Shown: positions 49,656 through 61,665 of the stretch, piece after piece | Numbering within the stretch: position 1 is the stretch's first letter | Layout: each line of letters opens with the position of its first letter | Assembly: GCF_006345805.1 (NCBI RefSeq) | Contig: NC_043017.1 | Location: 9,486,001-9,550,000, forward strand | Length of the DNA: 64,000 bases | Source of the DNA: Octopus sinensis | Lineage: Eukaryota | Reading direction: 5' to 3' | Position numbers and translations under genes: made by a program | The notes under the pieces: model-generated | Databases searched by the model: none | Told to the model about the DNA's origin: nothing | The model's input: only the letters and a program-made list of their open reading frames with translations

Positions 49656-50409
49656 CTAGCTTAAGGTGACCCGCTCTACGCGCGGGTAAGAGTGTGGTTC
49701 TTACTTTCTGTTTTTTATCACCACATTCTCCCTCTTTGTTTCTCTCTCCTTTCTCTCTCACTTTCCCACTCTTCCTTTCTCTCAGACTCTCCCTTGCTTT
49801 CTCTTACTCTCTATCTTTCTCTATCTCTCTCCCATTTATAAACAACAAAAGATCTTGAGTAAGTTGAGAAAGTAAAATATTTTGAAAGATCAATCATAAA
49901 TATCGGGCAGTGACAACGGAATGGTCTGCTTCAAGGCAGACAGCAAAACACTAACATTTAAAAGGGACAGACGAACTTGCGAGCTGAATAAAAATAATAA
50001 AATATTGGAAACCAAAGTTTGAAGGGATAGAATCTGAGGATAGTAGAGTCACCATGGCTGGCATTTCTTAACGATGGACAGCAACGTATTGACAGTTTAA
50101 CGGCTGGCATAAAATTTTGAACTTGATGTAAAAGAAAATTCCTAAACATCAAGTTTTGAAGTGATTCTTTCTCACAACAGTAGACTCACCATGGCAAGCA
50201 TTCAAAACTTCTTCATCATGGACGACAACACATTAACGATTTAAAGGCTAGCGCAAATTTTTTTAGCTTGATGTAACAGAGAATTCCTAAACACCCGCTC
50301 CTGTAAATTTTAATCACCTTCCAGCCCCATTTAGACCCCTTTTCACATTTTGGTTAATATAACCCGATTTCATTCAGGTCTACTCAGGCCACATTTTATA
50401 AGATGTAGA
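49656..50409 (-). mobile_element. Non-autonomous Helitron-like element with internal tandem subrepeats
   Basis: On the minus strand: 5' TCTACATCTTATAAAA, and a 3' ACCCGC..GCGGGT hairpin followed by CTAG|T. Two related ~130-bp blocks lie at ~50040-50150 and 50175-50295. Confidence 0.6.
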
Positions 50410-51458
50410 ATTTTGTCCTGGAGGTCACGCCTTTCATTTGAGGAAAAAAATAGTTGTCATGCAAACTTGCCAGCACTTTTAACATAGGTGTGCATATTTT
50501 CAGCACAACCGACCACATAATCTATAGTAGAAGACACTTGCCCAAGGTGCCATGCAGTGGGACTGAACCCGGAACCATGTGGTTGGGAAGCAAGCTTCTT
50601 ACCACACAGCCATGCCATGTATACACTCACATGCACAAACACACACATACATACACATCCACACCATCTTTACAAGAAGGTATGAATTATTACTAATTTA
50701 AGATATCTAAAGTAAGGTTGTTGTTTTTTCCTGTTTCAGTCACTAGCGGAAAATGCATCTCCCCTCTGTCCACCTTAATACCTGACACCCACACGCTCCA
50801 CACCAGACACCACTAGACACCACCAGTCAATTAATACTTGACCCTATCATACAACAGATCAACTGAAAATGTAAATTGCAGGCTTGACCATTGCTATTTC
50901 AGTCACTGGAGATATTTGACCACAGATGTTGGTCAGTAATATTCTAAAATTGGTCAATGGAAATTTGGAGGGGAGGCTAACTATAGCAAAAATCCCTTCT
51001 AAATTCTCTTCTTACTCAGTCATCCATATTTTTTTTTCCTTCGTTGTGTTGTTTTTCTCTCCCCCCCCCCACATTCTTCTACCTCCTCTTTCTCCTTATT
51101 TGTCTATCTTTTTTTCTTTTTTTCTTCTCTTTCTTATTTGTCTTCATTTTCTTTTGTTTCTTTTACCCTTTTTTTCTTCTTGATTTCCTTCATTTTTCTT
51201 TTTTTTTTCATTTTCTTTCATATACTACTTTCTATCATTGTTTTTTTTTTCTATCTTGCTTTTCCTTACTATCGTTTTTATTCATTTTATTTTTCTGTTT
51301 GTCTGTCTGTCTACCCATCCATCCATCCTTCTGTCCATATACAGAGATAGGTAAAATGATAGATATGTAGACAGACAGACAGACGGATGGATGGATGGAT
51401 TGCCAGACAGTTAGACACCTAGCTAGATACATAGACAGACTCTCTGACAGACAGACAA

Positions 51459-51497
<39 letters not shown>

Positions 51498-51509
51498 CAA
51501 CTTCAGCTT

Positions 51510-51915
51510 TATATATATATATATATATAAAGCTGAAGTTGTCTGTGTATGGCAGGTTTGGTAGCCTTCAACTAACACTATCTCCTCCAAGACCCTGCGG
51601 TGCAAATTGACCAAAATTGAGAGTATGATAGAAGAAGGCTTGCTCTTCCTTCCGTAGAAGAAAAAATTCAAATCGGACCATGTTAACACCAAAAATTATT
51701 TACATCAAAAAGGTGCATTTTTTTCTATGAAAATCCCTATTTTAACAATTTTTTTGACTGCTGTGTCGCCATTTTTCGGTGTATTTCAACCAGAAAAATG
51801 TTCACTTAAAGAGAATAACAAGCTACATAATGCAAAATATTTACTTTTCAAAAAATTCCAATTCTAAAGGGTTGAAAAAAAAACAAGCCCAAGCAACGCT
51901 GGGCTATACTGCTAG
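51510..51915 (+). mobile_element. Non-autonomous Helitron-like element
   Basis: 3' AGCCCA..TGGGCT hairpin (51886-51905) followed by CTAG|T. The 5' end merges into (TA)n. Confidence 0.55.
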
Positions 51916-52791
51916 TATATATATATAGTTGTCTGTCTGTATGTCTATATACACACACACACATACACATTAGGTGACATTTGGGCTTGAAGCATCCCTG
52001 CAGCTCACCAAGTCCTTGTTAAAGCATCCTACCCATACCACCATGGAAATCAAACATTGAATGATGATGATGAAGATAAGACGATGCATATTTTTCCACT
52101 TCTTTTTCTTGTCACTCTTTCATTTTTTATCCCATTTTCTTTTCACCCCCTTTTTTTTAGTTTTGTTCTTTCTCCCTTTCTTCTTACCCTTTTTCCTCGT
52201 CTTATCTTTTTCATCATTTTCTTCCTTCATATTCTTTTTTACTCTTTCTTTTTTTTACTTTTTCTTGTTTTCTTGTTTGTTTGTTTTTTTTTGCTTTTTT
52301 TCTTCCTTTTCTTCTTCTCTCACCTACTAAATTCCTCTTAGTCTGTTCTTCATAGGGCTCTTAACTGACACACACACACATACATACAATCACGCACACA
52401 CACACATACACTCGCACATATGCACACACTCACAATTCACACACACACACGAACACACATCTTATTGAGAGAGGCATGGAAGTCACAGCATCACATAACC
52501 CCATGCTTTCCCATTCCATCCCCATCACTATAAGACCTTCATTAAGGTTTTAATAAACCTTTCCTCCAAATTCACATGTGTGTATATGTGTGTGCGTGCA
52601 TGTGTGTGTGTGTCTGTGTGTGTGTGTGTCTGTGTCTGTGTGTGTGCGGGTGTGTCTCAAACTGGTACTAAAAACATTACACTTGCTTGCTAGAAATTCT
52701 CAGCTCCCTTCGTCTTCTTTACTCTCTTTCTATCTTTCTCTGTCTCCTTTTTCTGTCTTTCTCTATATCTCTCTTCCTGTCTCTGTCTCCT

Positions 52792-52833
<42 letters not shown>

Positions 52834-53013
52834 GTTTATCTATTTTTGTCTCAATCTCTCTGTTCCCTCTCTCTCTACATTAACCTCACTTTGAACTTAC
52901 CTAACCCAGATTAACCTTACTAATCCCTCTCATCCATTCCCCCAATGCTCACTGATTCAAAACGATCTCCCTCAATCTAACCATTTATGGACAATGATAT
53001 TTATAAAAGTTAT

Positions 53014-53047
<34 letters not shown>

Positions 53048-54003
53048 TCTACCTCTCTCAGATATATGCATATAAATATAAATACATAAATATGTGTGTG
53101 TATATGTGTATCTGATCTGCTAGAAATAGCAGGGATCTTTTCCTTTTGAACGGCAGTTTTCAACACAATTTCTAGTTAACTAAACACTTTTAAACTTTGT
53201 ATACTGGTAGAATGAGTCAAAATAAAACATTTTTTTCTCTTGGCTTTCTTGAGAAAATTGTAATTTGTAAGTTTAACGTAGTTTAATTTTTCGAATTTTA
53301 ACCAATCAATGGCCTCTATTGAGCTAAAATCATTTGCTGCGTCTAAAACTGAGACAATATCCTGTCGCTGACCCTAACCCCAGGGTTAGGGTTAGTGTTA
53401 GAGTTAGGCTACTGAACAACTGTCACATATTACATTTACAGATATATATGTGTGTGTGTGTGTGTACATATGTATACACGAAGGGCTTCTTTCAGTTTCC
53501 GTCTACCAAATCAACTCACAAGGCTTTGGTTGGCCTGAGGCTATAGAGGAAATGCTTGTCCAAGGTGCCATACAATGGGACTGAACCTGGAACCATGTGG
53601 TTGGGAAGCAAGCTTCTTACCACACAGCCACAATCTTAGAATCATGAGTCCAATACCCTAACCACTAAGCCATGTGCCTCCACCCAATCATAGTTAATGA
53701 TCCTGGGCTAAACCACCAAGGTCCATTGTTCCCCTGCAGTTCATTCATCAATGGGACCCCCATTCTCTTCCTCAACAACTAGGTCATGCCTCCTACATGG
53801 AGCTAAACGGAATTCAGCTGTTGAATTATAAGTACACAGACCATGCCAACAACAACAGCATAGCCCCCACCCCCTTAGTCTGTAGTCTGGTATCTTCTTT
53901 GCGCTGCCCCACCGGTGCTGCCCCACCACCAGTTTCTCTTTGCTTTTGTATTCTCTTGAATATCAAATGATTGTTTGATTAGCCCCTCTCTTCCTTCGTA
54001 TCA

Positions 54004-54041
<38 letters not shown>

Positions 54042-57000
54042 CTGTCTCTGTGTCTCTGTGTCTCTTCTGCTTTCCCCACTTCAGGTATATGTTTCCCTTC
54101 TCTCTCCTTTACTACTTCATTCTTGTCTCTCTATTTCATGCTCCCTCTCTCTTTCTTTCTCTCTCCCTTCTTCATCATCCCCCCACCCCCCGCAGTCTTA
54201 CTTTCCTTTTATTCACCTATTCTCACCCACCTTCTTATTTCCATCAATCTCCATGTACTTTTAGAATACTTAATCCAGTTTTCACCTTGTGCATGAACAC
54301 ACATGCAATCACACACTTACACACACTGTATGGAAAGTTCTCTTGAACAGGTCGCGGTCTTATAGCAACGAAAATATTTTGACAAATTAAACTTAAATGT
54401 TGAAGTGAATCGAACGGCTTTTGTGTGTTTCTTAAATGGCTTACAAACACATTCCACGCTGCAATTGTTTTCGTTCCAGCACACGATCTCAGATCAAATC
54501 ACTTGCTATGCAAGTACATCTCCGTAATATATATATATGGGTACTATAAATAAGGGTATCTGAGAGACACCACCATGCCGAAATAGCAGTCAAAACCCTG
54601 ACTCTAAAAACCACCTAAAATGTTCATATCGCACCATGAGATATGACAGAGGGACAAAATAAACTGGCAAAAGGATTTTACTGGATAATTCAAGATCCTG
54701 GATTTCTAGCTTTGCTTCAAATAAGCTCTGCCTTCATCAGTTGAATATACCAGATGGGCACATAAATACAAATATATATATATATATACAGAACATACAT
54801 TATACTTACATATACGAACGTCCATACATACATACTTATATATATGTACGTATGTACAAGGCCAGTTCAAATTGCCTGCCAATTATATGGGTATATATGG
54901 GTATGTCATCATCATTATCATCATCGTTTAGCGTCCGCTTTCCATGCTGGCATGGGTTGCACGGTGCAACTGGGGTCTGGGAAGCCAGAAGGCTGCACCA
55001 GGCCAGTCTGATCTGGCTATGTTTCTACGGCTGGATGCCCTTCCTAACGCCAACCACTCCATGAGTGTAGTGAGTGCTTTTTACGTGCCAGACGAGGCTG
55101 GCAAACGGCCATGAGCGGATGGTGCTTTTTACGTGCCACCGGCACGGAGGCCAGGCAAGGCTGGCAAAAGCCACGATCGTATGGTGCTTTTTACGTGCCA
55201 CCGGCACGGAAGCCAGTCGGGGCGGCGCTGGCAACGGCCACGTTCGGATGGTTCTCTTGTATGTATGTATACTTATATATATCTTATGTTTTATGTTTTG
55301 TTTCAGTCATTAGACTGGGGCAATGCCTTGTAGACTTTCAGTTAAATGACTGCCTCGCCCCTGTGCTTATTTTTTGAAAGTCAAGTACTTATTCTATCAA
55401 TCTCTTTTGCTGACTGCTAAGTTACAGGGACATAAACACATGGACACCAGTCGTCAAGTGGTAGCGAAGTGTCAAAAAATCATGCACACATCAGACAGGC
55501 TTCTTTCAGTTTCCCTCTATGGAATCAACTCACAAGGCCTGGGGCTATAGTAGAAGACACTTGCCCAAGATGCCAAACAGTGGGAATTGAACCCTGAACC
55601 ATGTGGGTGGAAAGCAAGCTTCTTACCACACAGCCACACCTGTGCCTATATTTATACATACATAGTAATAGATAAGTATGATCCAGGGGTCCAAGTGTAG
55701 GAAGCTAGTAAGCTTCAAGCATTTATGCAACTGGTACAAGTGACAAATGACGAATAATATATGACTCACAGTTTAACAAATAAAGTTGCTGAATATAAAA
55801 ATCCACTATTCTCCTTTTTCTCTTTTTCTTAACATCCAATCCTCCTTATTTCCTTCCCTTACAAGAAGAATCAACCCAACCGGAATCTACCCAGTATCCA
55901 CTCTATATTGAGTGAGAAAACGGTATGGACGGTTTTTTTGAGTCCAATATTACCCTGTACGCCTATTTGATTATGAAGATTTACAAACATACTTTCCCAG
56001 TGATATTCGGTTTACCTACCATTATAAGCAATACCAAATGTTCTTTCTCAAACCTTTCATAATGTGAGACAAGTCTTTGGTGTAGCAATTGCATGTGGCT
56101 GAAGAGGGCTTTTGAACTATCTGTTATGTCAATTATACATTGATGTAAGAATAAGTTGTTTTATAAAGCTCGAAACATGTGTACCGCGACATCCTTTGTG
56201 TCCTGTTTTTCATTTTATTTCATTTGATACATATATCCTCTCACCTCTGCTACTAGCTGGCATATACAGGTGCTTACATTTATCAAGTATTCACCCTGAA
56301 TTTATGTATGCATGTATGTATGTGTATGTTTGTGTTATGTTGTATATGTATGTGTAAGGTGGATCTCCATCATGTGACCATAAGGATTCAGTTGTCCAAT
56401 CAACAGAGTTATCTGCTCCTGAATCCCAATCTAAGCAGCCAAGCATTCTACTGAGACATTTACACCTTCCATGATTCTAAGGCACAAATAGCATGACTCA
56501 GTGATTGTGACAAGGCTGTAATATCCGTTTCAATTACAGATACAATCAATCCAGTAGGACTGCTTTATAGCTCTGATCTACTCAATTTCACTGACCCAAG
56601 GCTATAGAAAATGGCACTTTCTATCAAGATGTCCTTGGCCTGAAGAGTAACCTGCAGTGTACACCTTGCTTGGATGTTTACCACTTCTCAGGTTCTGCTC
56701 ACTATGAAACATATGTAGCCTGGATCTTTCCTACTCCATTCCTTAATTCTTGTATTCTTATTCACATACCTGCTGTGAAATATAATGAGAACTTTTTTCA
56801 ATTTATCATACTTTGATAAGAAAAAAAACCACAACCTTCCATTTCAATAAACCACTATTCTCCCTGAAAGTTTTTTTTTTTTTTTTGTTTAATATTCACT
56901 TCAGATTGCTTGAAGCTAACTTTCATCCTACATACACCTTGACCCTTGGATCTTATATTTATTTATTCACACACACACACATATATATATGTATTGGCAT

Positions 57001-58233
57001 ATATATTTGTATGTATATATATATATATATAATTTTTTTCGCAATGAGATAAAAAAAACCTAAGGCTGTGTAGATCTATGTATGAGTATAGGTATGTTTG
57101 TATATGTATCTATATATCTATGTACACACATACACATGCGAACATCTCTGCATACAAACAAACAAAAGCAATGGGCATTTAATATATTCTGTACAGTTTT
57201 ATATTTATAATTCAACAGTCACTGATTCACTCTTGCTTTACTTAGTTTGTACAGACGTACTTTTACGCCCGTGATCTCTGATAAACATTACATCATACAC
57301 ACACACAACTAAGGAGCTTGGCAGTCTTTGCTGCTGCATTCCTATATAAATACCGTTGTTGTTTTTGTATTTAATATTTATGGTATTACAAGCAAAGTGG
57401 TAACTGATAATGGAAGGGCAGAATCGGTTGAGCGCTTAAACAAATGCCAAGTGGTATTTGATTACATTTCTTTGTGTTGTATTCTGAGCTTCAAATTCCC
57501 GCCAGGAGTCAACAGTTTCCAGCAAGGTTTCTGCTGTGCTGTTGTTGTTATTGTTTGTCCGTGCGTCTTAGCTGACTGTAAAATTCCATTCACTTCTCGA
57601 CTGCATTATAGGAATATTGATATTAAAATCAACTTCAGTATTTGAGGGGTATTTCATTTTTTTTTTTTTTGGCCCCTGGAGAGATAAAAGGCAAACTCAA
57701 GCTAGGCAGCATCTGGACTGAGACTTTAAAGGGGTCTTAATTAAATACCACTGGAACTTTTCTGTGGGTCTATAGTTTCTGCTTGTACATCACCCAATAG
57801 AGCAAACCTGTTGATTAAAGCTCTCCAGCCCTTGACCAAGAATAAGATGGTTGGATAATGTCCATAGTTTTAGTAAGTTTGACCTGGGGGTGGAATTCTG
57901 GTTTAAGCACCCCTTATAACCTGTCATGAAGTTTTTTTATTTTTTGGAATTTTCAGAAGATGTTTGTAAATTTGTGTTCTACATTCAATTATGAAAAGAA
58001 ATAAAAAAAATTTTTTATCTCTCCCTCCACATAGATCCTAAAGTTTCTACTCATTTTCAATATTTCTTTTCAATCAGTGTTTAAAATGTAGACAGTCCTA
58101 AAGGCGGTGCTCCAGCATGGCCGCAGTCAAATGACTGAAACAAGTAAAAGATTTTTAAAAAGTCTAAAATTTGGGGCTTAAAACACAGCATCATTCCATT
58201 AAATGTGTTTCTGGGGAGAAAAATACTGAAAAA

Positions 58234-58636
58234 AGGAGTGGCTGTGTGGTAAGTAGCTTGCTAACCAACCACATGGTTCCGGGTTCAGTCCCACTGCGTG
58301 GCATCTTGGGCAAGTGTCTTCTGCTATAGCCTCGGGCCGACCAGAGCCTTGTGAGTGGATTTGGTAGACGGAAACTGAAAGAAGCCCGTCGTATATATGT
58401 ATATATATATATATGCGTGTGTGTGTTTGTGTGTCTGTGTTTGTCCCCTTAGCATTGCTTGACAACCGATGCTGGTGTGTTTACATCCCCGTTACTTAGC
58501 GGTTTGGCAAAAGAGACCGATAGAATAAGTACTGGGCTTACAAAAGAATAAGACCCGGGGTCGAGTTGCTCGATTAAAGGCGGTGCTCCAGCATGGCCGC
58601 AGTCAAATGACTGAAACAAGTAAAAGAGTAAAAGAG
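58234..58636 (+). mobile_element. SINE family B, full length
   Basis: Head-to-tail match to the other B copies. Confidence 0.85.
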
Positions 58637-58981
58637 ATGTCAAAATGACAAAGAAATGTGGAAGGTATCATGTGGTCGTGAGATGTGCTAAAAACAACAG
58701 CTTAATCGCCCTTAAATCATACACGCACACACACGAAATTTAATTTTGGCATCATTGAATGAATTCCAATGTGTAGAACACAAATATGCAAGGATTGCTT
58801 CAACCAGAATTCCACCCATTTGCAAATCCAGCCAGAAAGTCTAATGACGGTTGCTTCTGATAAGACTCTTAACGACTGGCATTCCGTTGTTTACGACGAC
58901 CAGGATTCAAGTTGATTCAATCAACTGAACAGCCTGCTCATGAAATTAACATGCAAGTGGCTGAGTATTTCACAGACACTC

Positions 58982-59394
58982 TCTCTTTTTACTCTTTTAC
59001 TCTTTTACTTGTTTCAGTCATTTGACTGCGGCCATGCTGGAGCACCGCCTTTAATAGAGCAACTCGACCCCGGGACTTATTCTTTTGTAAGCCCAGTACT
59101 TATCCTATCGGTCTCTTTTGCCAAACCGCTAAGTAACGGGGACATAAACACACCAGCATTGGTTGTCAAGCAATGCTAGGGGGACAAACACAGACACACA
59201 AACACACACACGCATATATATATATATACATATATACGATGGGCTTCTTTAAGTTTCCGTCTACCAAATCCACTCACAAGGCATTGGTCAGCCCGAGGCT
59301 ATAGTAGAAGAAACTTGCCCAAGGTGCCACGCAGTGGGACTGAACCCGGAACCATGTGGTTGGTAAACAAGCTACTTACCATACAGCCACTCCT
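58982..59394 (-). mobile_element. SINE family B, full length, inserted in a family D copy
   Basis: Near-identical reverse complement of 58234-58636. The D sequence stops at CACAGACAC (58980) and resumes at ~59400. Confidence 0.85.
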
Positions 59395-60721
59395 GTGCCA
59401 CACACGTACACTTAACATAGTTTTCAGGCAGATTCAGGGTGACACAGAATGTGACAAAGCTGTCCCCTTTCAATTACTGGTACAATGAATTTTGCCAGCT
59501 GAGTGAACTGGAGCAATGAGAAATAAAGTATCTTGCTCAAGGACACAACATATCACTGGGAATCGAACTCACAGCCGTATGATTGTGAGCCGCATAATCC
59601 AGCGACTAAGCCACACCCCCTTCTCAAGCATAAGGGGTTTTGTGATATCCCCTCCGATGTAGATTAGCATCTCTTTGGCTGTGGTCTGATCTCAGTCTCT
59701 TTGCACCCGTTTCCACTGGTTTCTGGCTGGATTATAAATAACCAGACAACTTGCACTTTATCTTATCTTTCCCATGAAAGGTTAAACACTCAAGTTGACC
59801 TCGGCAGGGTCCAAACTCAAACTCAAACCATAAAAAAAAAACTTGGAACAAATATCGCAAAGCATTTTTCGTTCAATAACCCAACGCTGATTTCTTTCGT
59901 TCTCTGCTTCTTCTCACTTATCATTTTCATCTTCTTCCCAAAATGTTTTGTGGCTCTGTGCCAATCGAGGCAATAATTATCTATTGGATTGCTTCCTCTA
60001 AATATGCGATGCAGGAATTGGTTTTCTGACGTTTATGCAAGGAAGTATTTGTATCCCCTCCACCTCTCTTTACTGTTAAAATATTACCAGCCATTTCCTG
60101 AATGGACTCTCACCACTTCCTCACGCCAAACATTTGCCATAATATTATATAGCATTGTATCAAATGAGGTGTTGTTATATTTTATTGAGTCCCAGGAAGA
60201 CGAAGGCCAAAATATTTGACCCCAGCGATGTTTGAATTCAGCAGTGGTGAAGCTACAATAAATTATGCCCGGGGCAAGCCGCAACAATGCGCCCCACCCA
60301 TACCAATTATAAAATCCACGTTATTATAATAGAATTTGTTCCAAGTTCTGAGACCCCCTTCGGTCACGACATAGACCATGGGATTGCACCTAGAAAGTTA
60401 CCCTCCCAGGCACAAGTCCAGGTAAGGTTGTTTATGGAAGACCAACAGTCACCCATGCATACCGGCCTCCCCTCTCCATGCCACCAGTGTTATCCAAGGG
60501 AAAGGCAATGGCCGATACAGCTTGGCACCTGTGACGTTTAAGTTTTTTTTTTTTAATATCTGAACTTCATTTGAATTTATAAAATTTAATTAGCGTAAAA
60601 TTTTACGTGTGTGATAGGGTCCAGGAAAGGCACCATAAGCAATACTAACATGCTCCTTTAAGAATCAACAAATGTTGGTTTGTCCCCCTCACATTTTCAA
60701 GGTAACTGAGGCCCCTGGTTA

Positions 60722-61060
60722 CATCATCATCATCATTGTTCGACTGTGGTTGAGACAATAGAATTTACCATGCTACGCCAGACTTCACGGTCCATCATAG
60801 CATTACGGAGGTCCTGTTGCTGGATGCTTGTATACCTGGAGATTACATCAGGGTAGGAAAGTGTGCACCCTCTGGTATCGCTAGTAGATGGCTTCCAGAG
60901 GAGAAGAGTAGAAATTACTTTTCTTCAGCTCTACAACAATGTCCAGCAAACTGGACTCTCCTACCTTTCACAAAAGATGACACAGGTGGTAGTTTCCCAT
61001 ATATTTGCATTTTGGTTGGATGGCGCTTCCACGAGAGATTTTGAGCTCTCATAAGGAGGC
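60722..61060 (-). mobile_element. RTE-type LINE 3' end
   Basis: The minus strand ends IQQQDLRNAMMDREVWRSMVNSIVSTTVEQ* with a (TGA)n tail. Confidence 0.7.
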
Positions 61061-61454
61061 GAGTGTAGGTTCCATCCAACCATTACAAGTTACAAGTTTA
61101 ACCTTTAGTTACCCATAACACTAATTTTTTTGCTGAGCGGATTAAAGCAACATGAAATGATACTTTCGTGATGTTTGTATATCGCTTGAGTTGAGCTGAT
61201 TGATGGAGATATATTTCGTTGGCTGCGTGAATAGTAGCTGAAGCAAACCCATGAACATTTAACTGAAATAATTAATGTAAGACATAAAGATGTTTGGTGT
61301 TGGTTATTTACAATTGTCGACTGAGATAGAGAAAAGGAAAGAAAGAAAAAGACCACCGCGCATGATCTGTAAAAGATACTAATAAGATTTTGTATGAATG
61401 TTCAGAATGGGTCTGTCTGAGAACCTGGAGTTGTCTGCATAAATGTCCAGAACC

Positions 61455-61665
61455 TATTTCTTTACTACTCACAAGGATAAACACAGAGAGGACAAACGGA
61501 TTAAGTCGATTATATCGATCCCAGTGCGTAACTCATACTTATTTAATCGACCCCGAAAGGATGAAAGGCAAAGTCGACCTCAGCAGAATTTGAACTCAGA
61601 ACAAACAGCAGACGAAATACAGCTACGCATTTTGCCCGGCGTGCTAACGTTTCTGCCAGCTCGCC
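61455..61665 (-). mobile_element. SINE family A
   Basis: Reverse complement of the family A head, core and tail. Confidence 0.8.

Noticed and set aside
50926-54346. Phe/Leu/Ser-rich membrane-protein ORFs
   Set aside because: These are translations of T/C-rich low-complexity and (CT)n/(TATC)n tracts.
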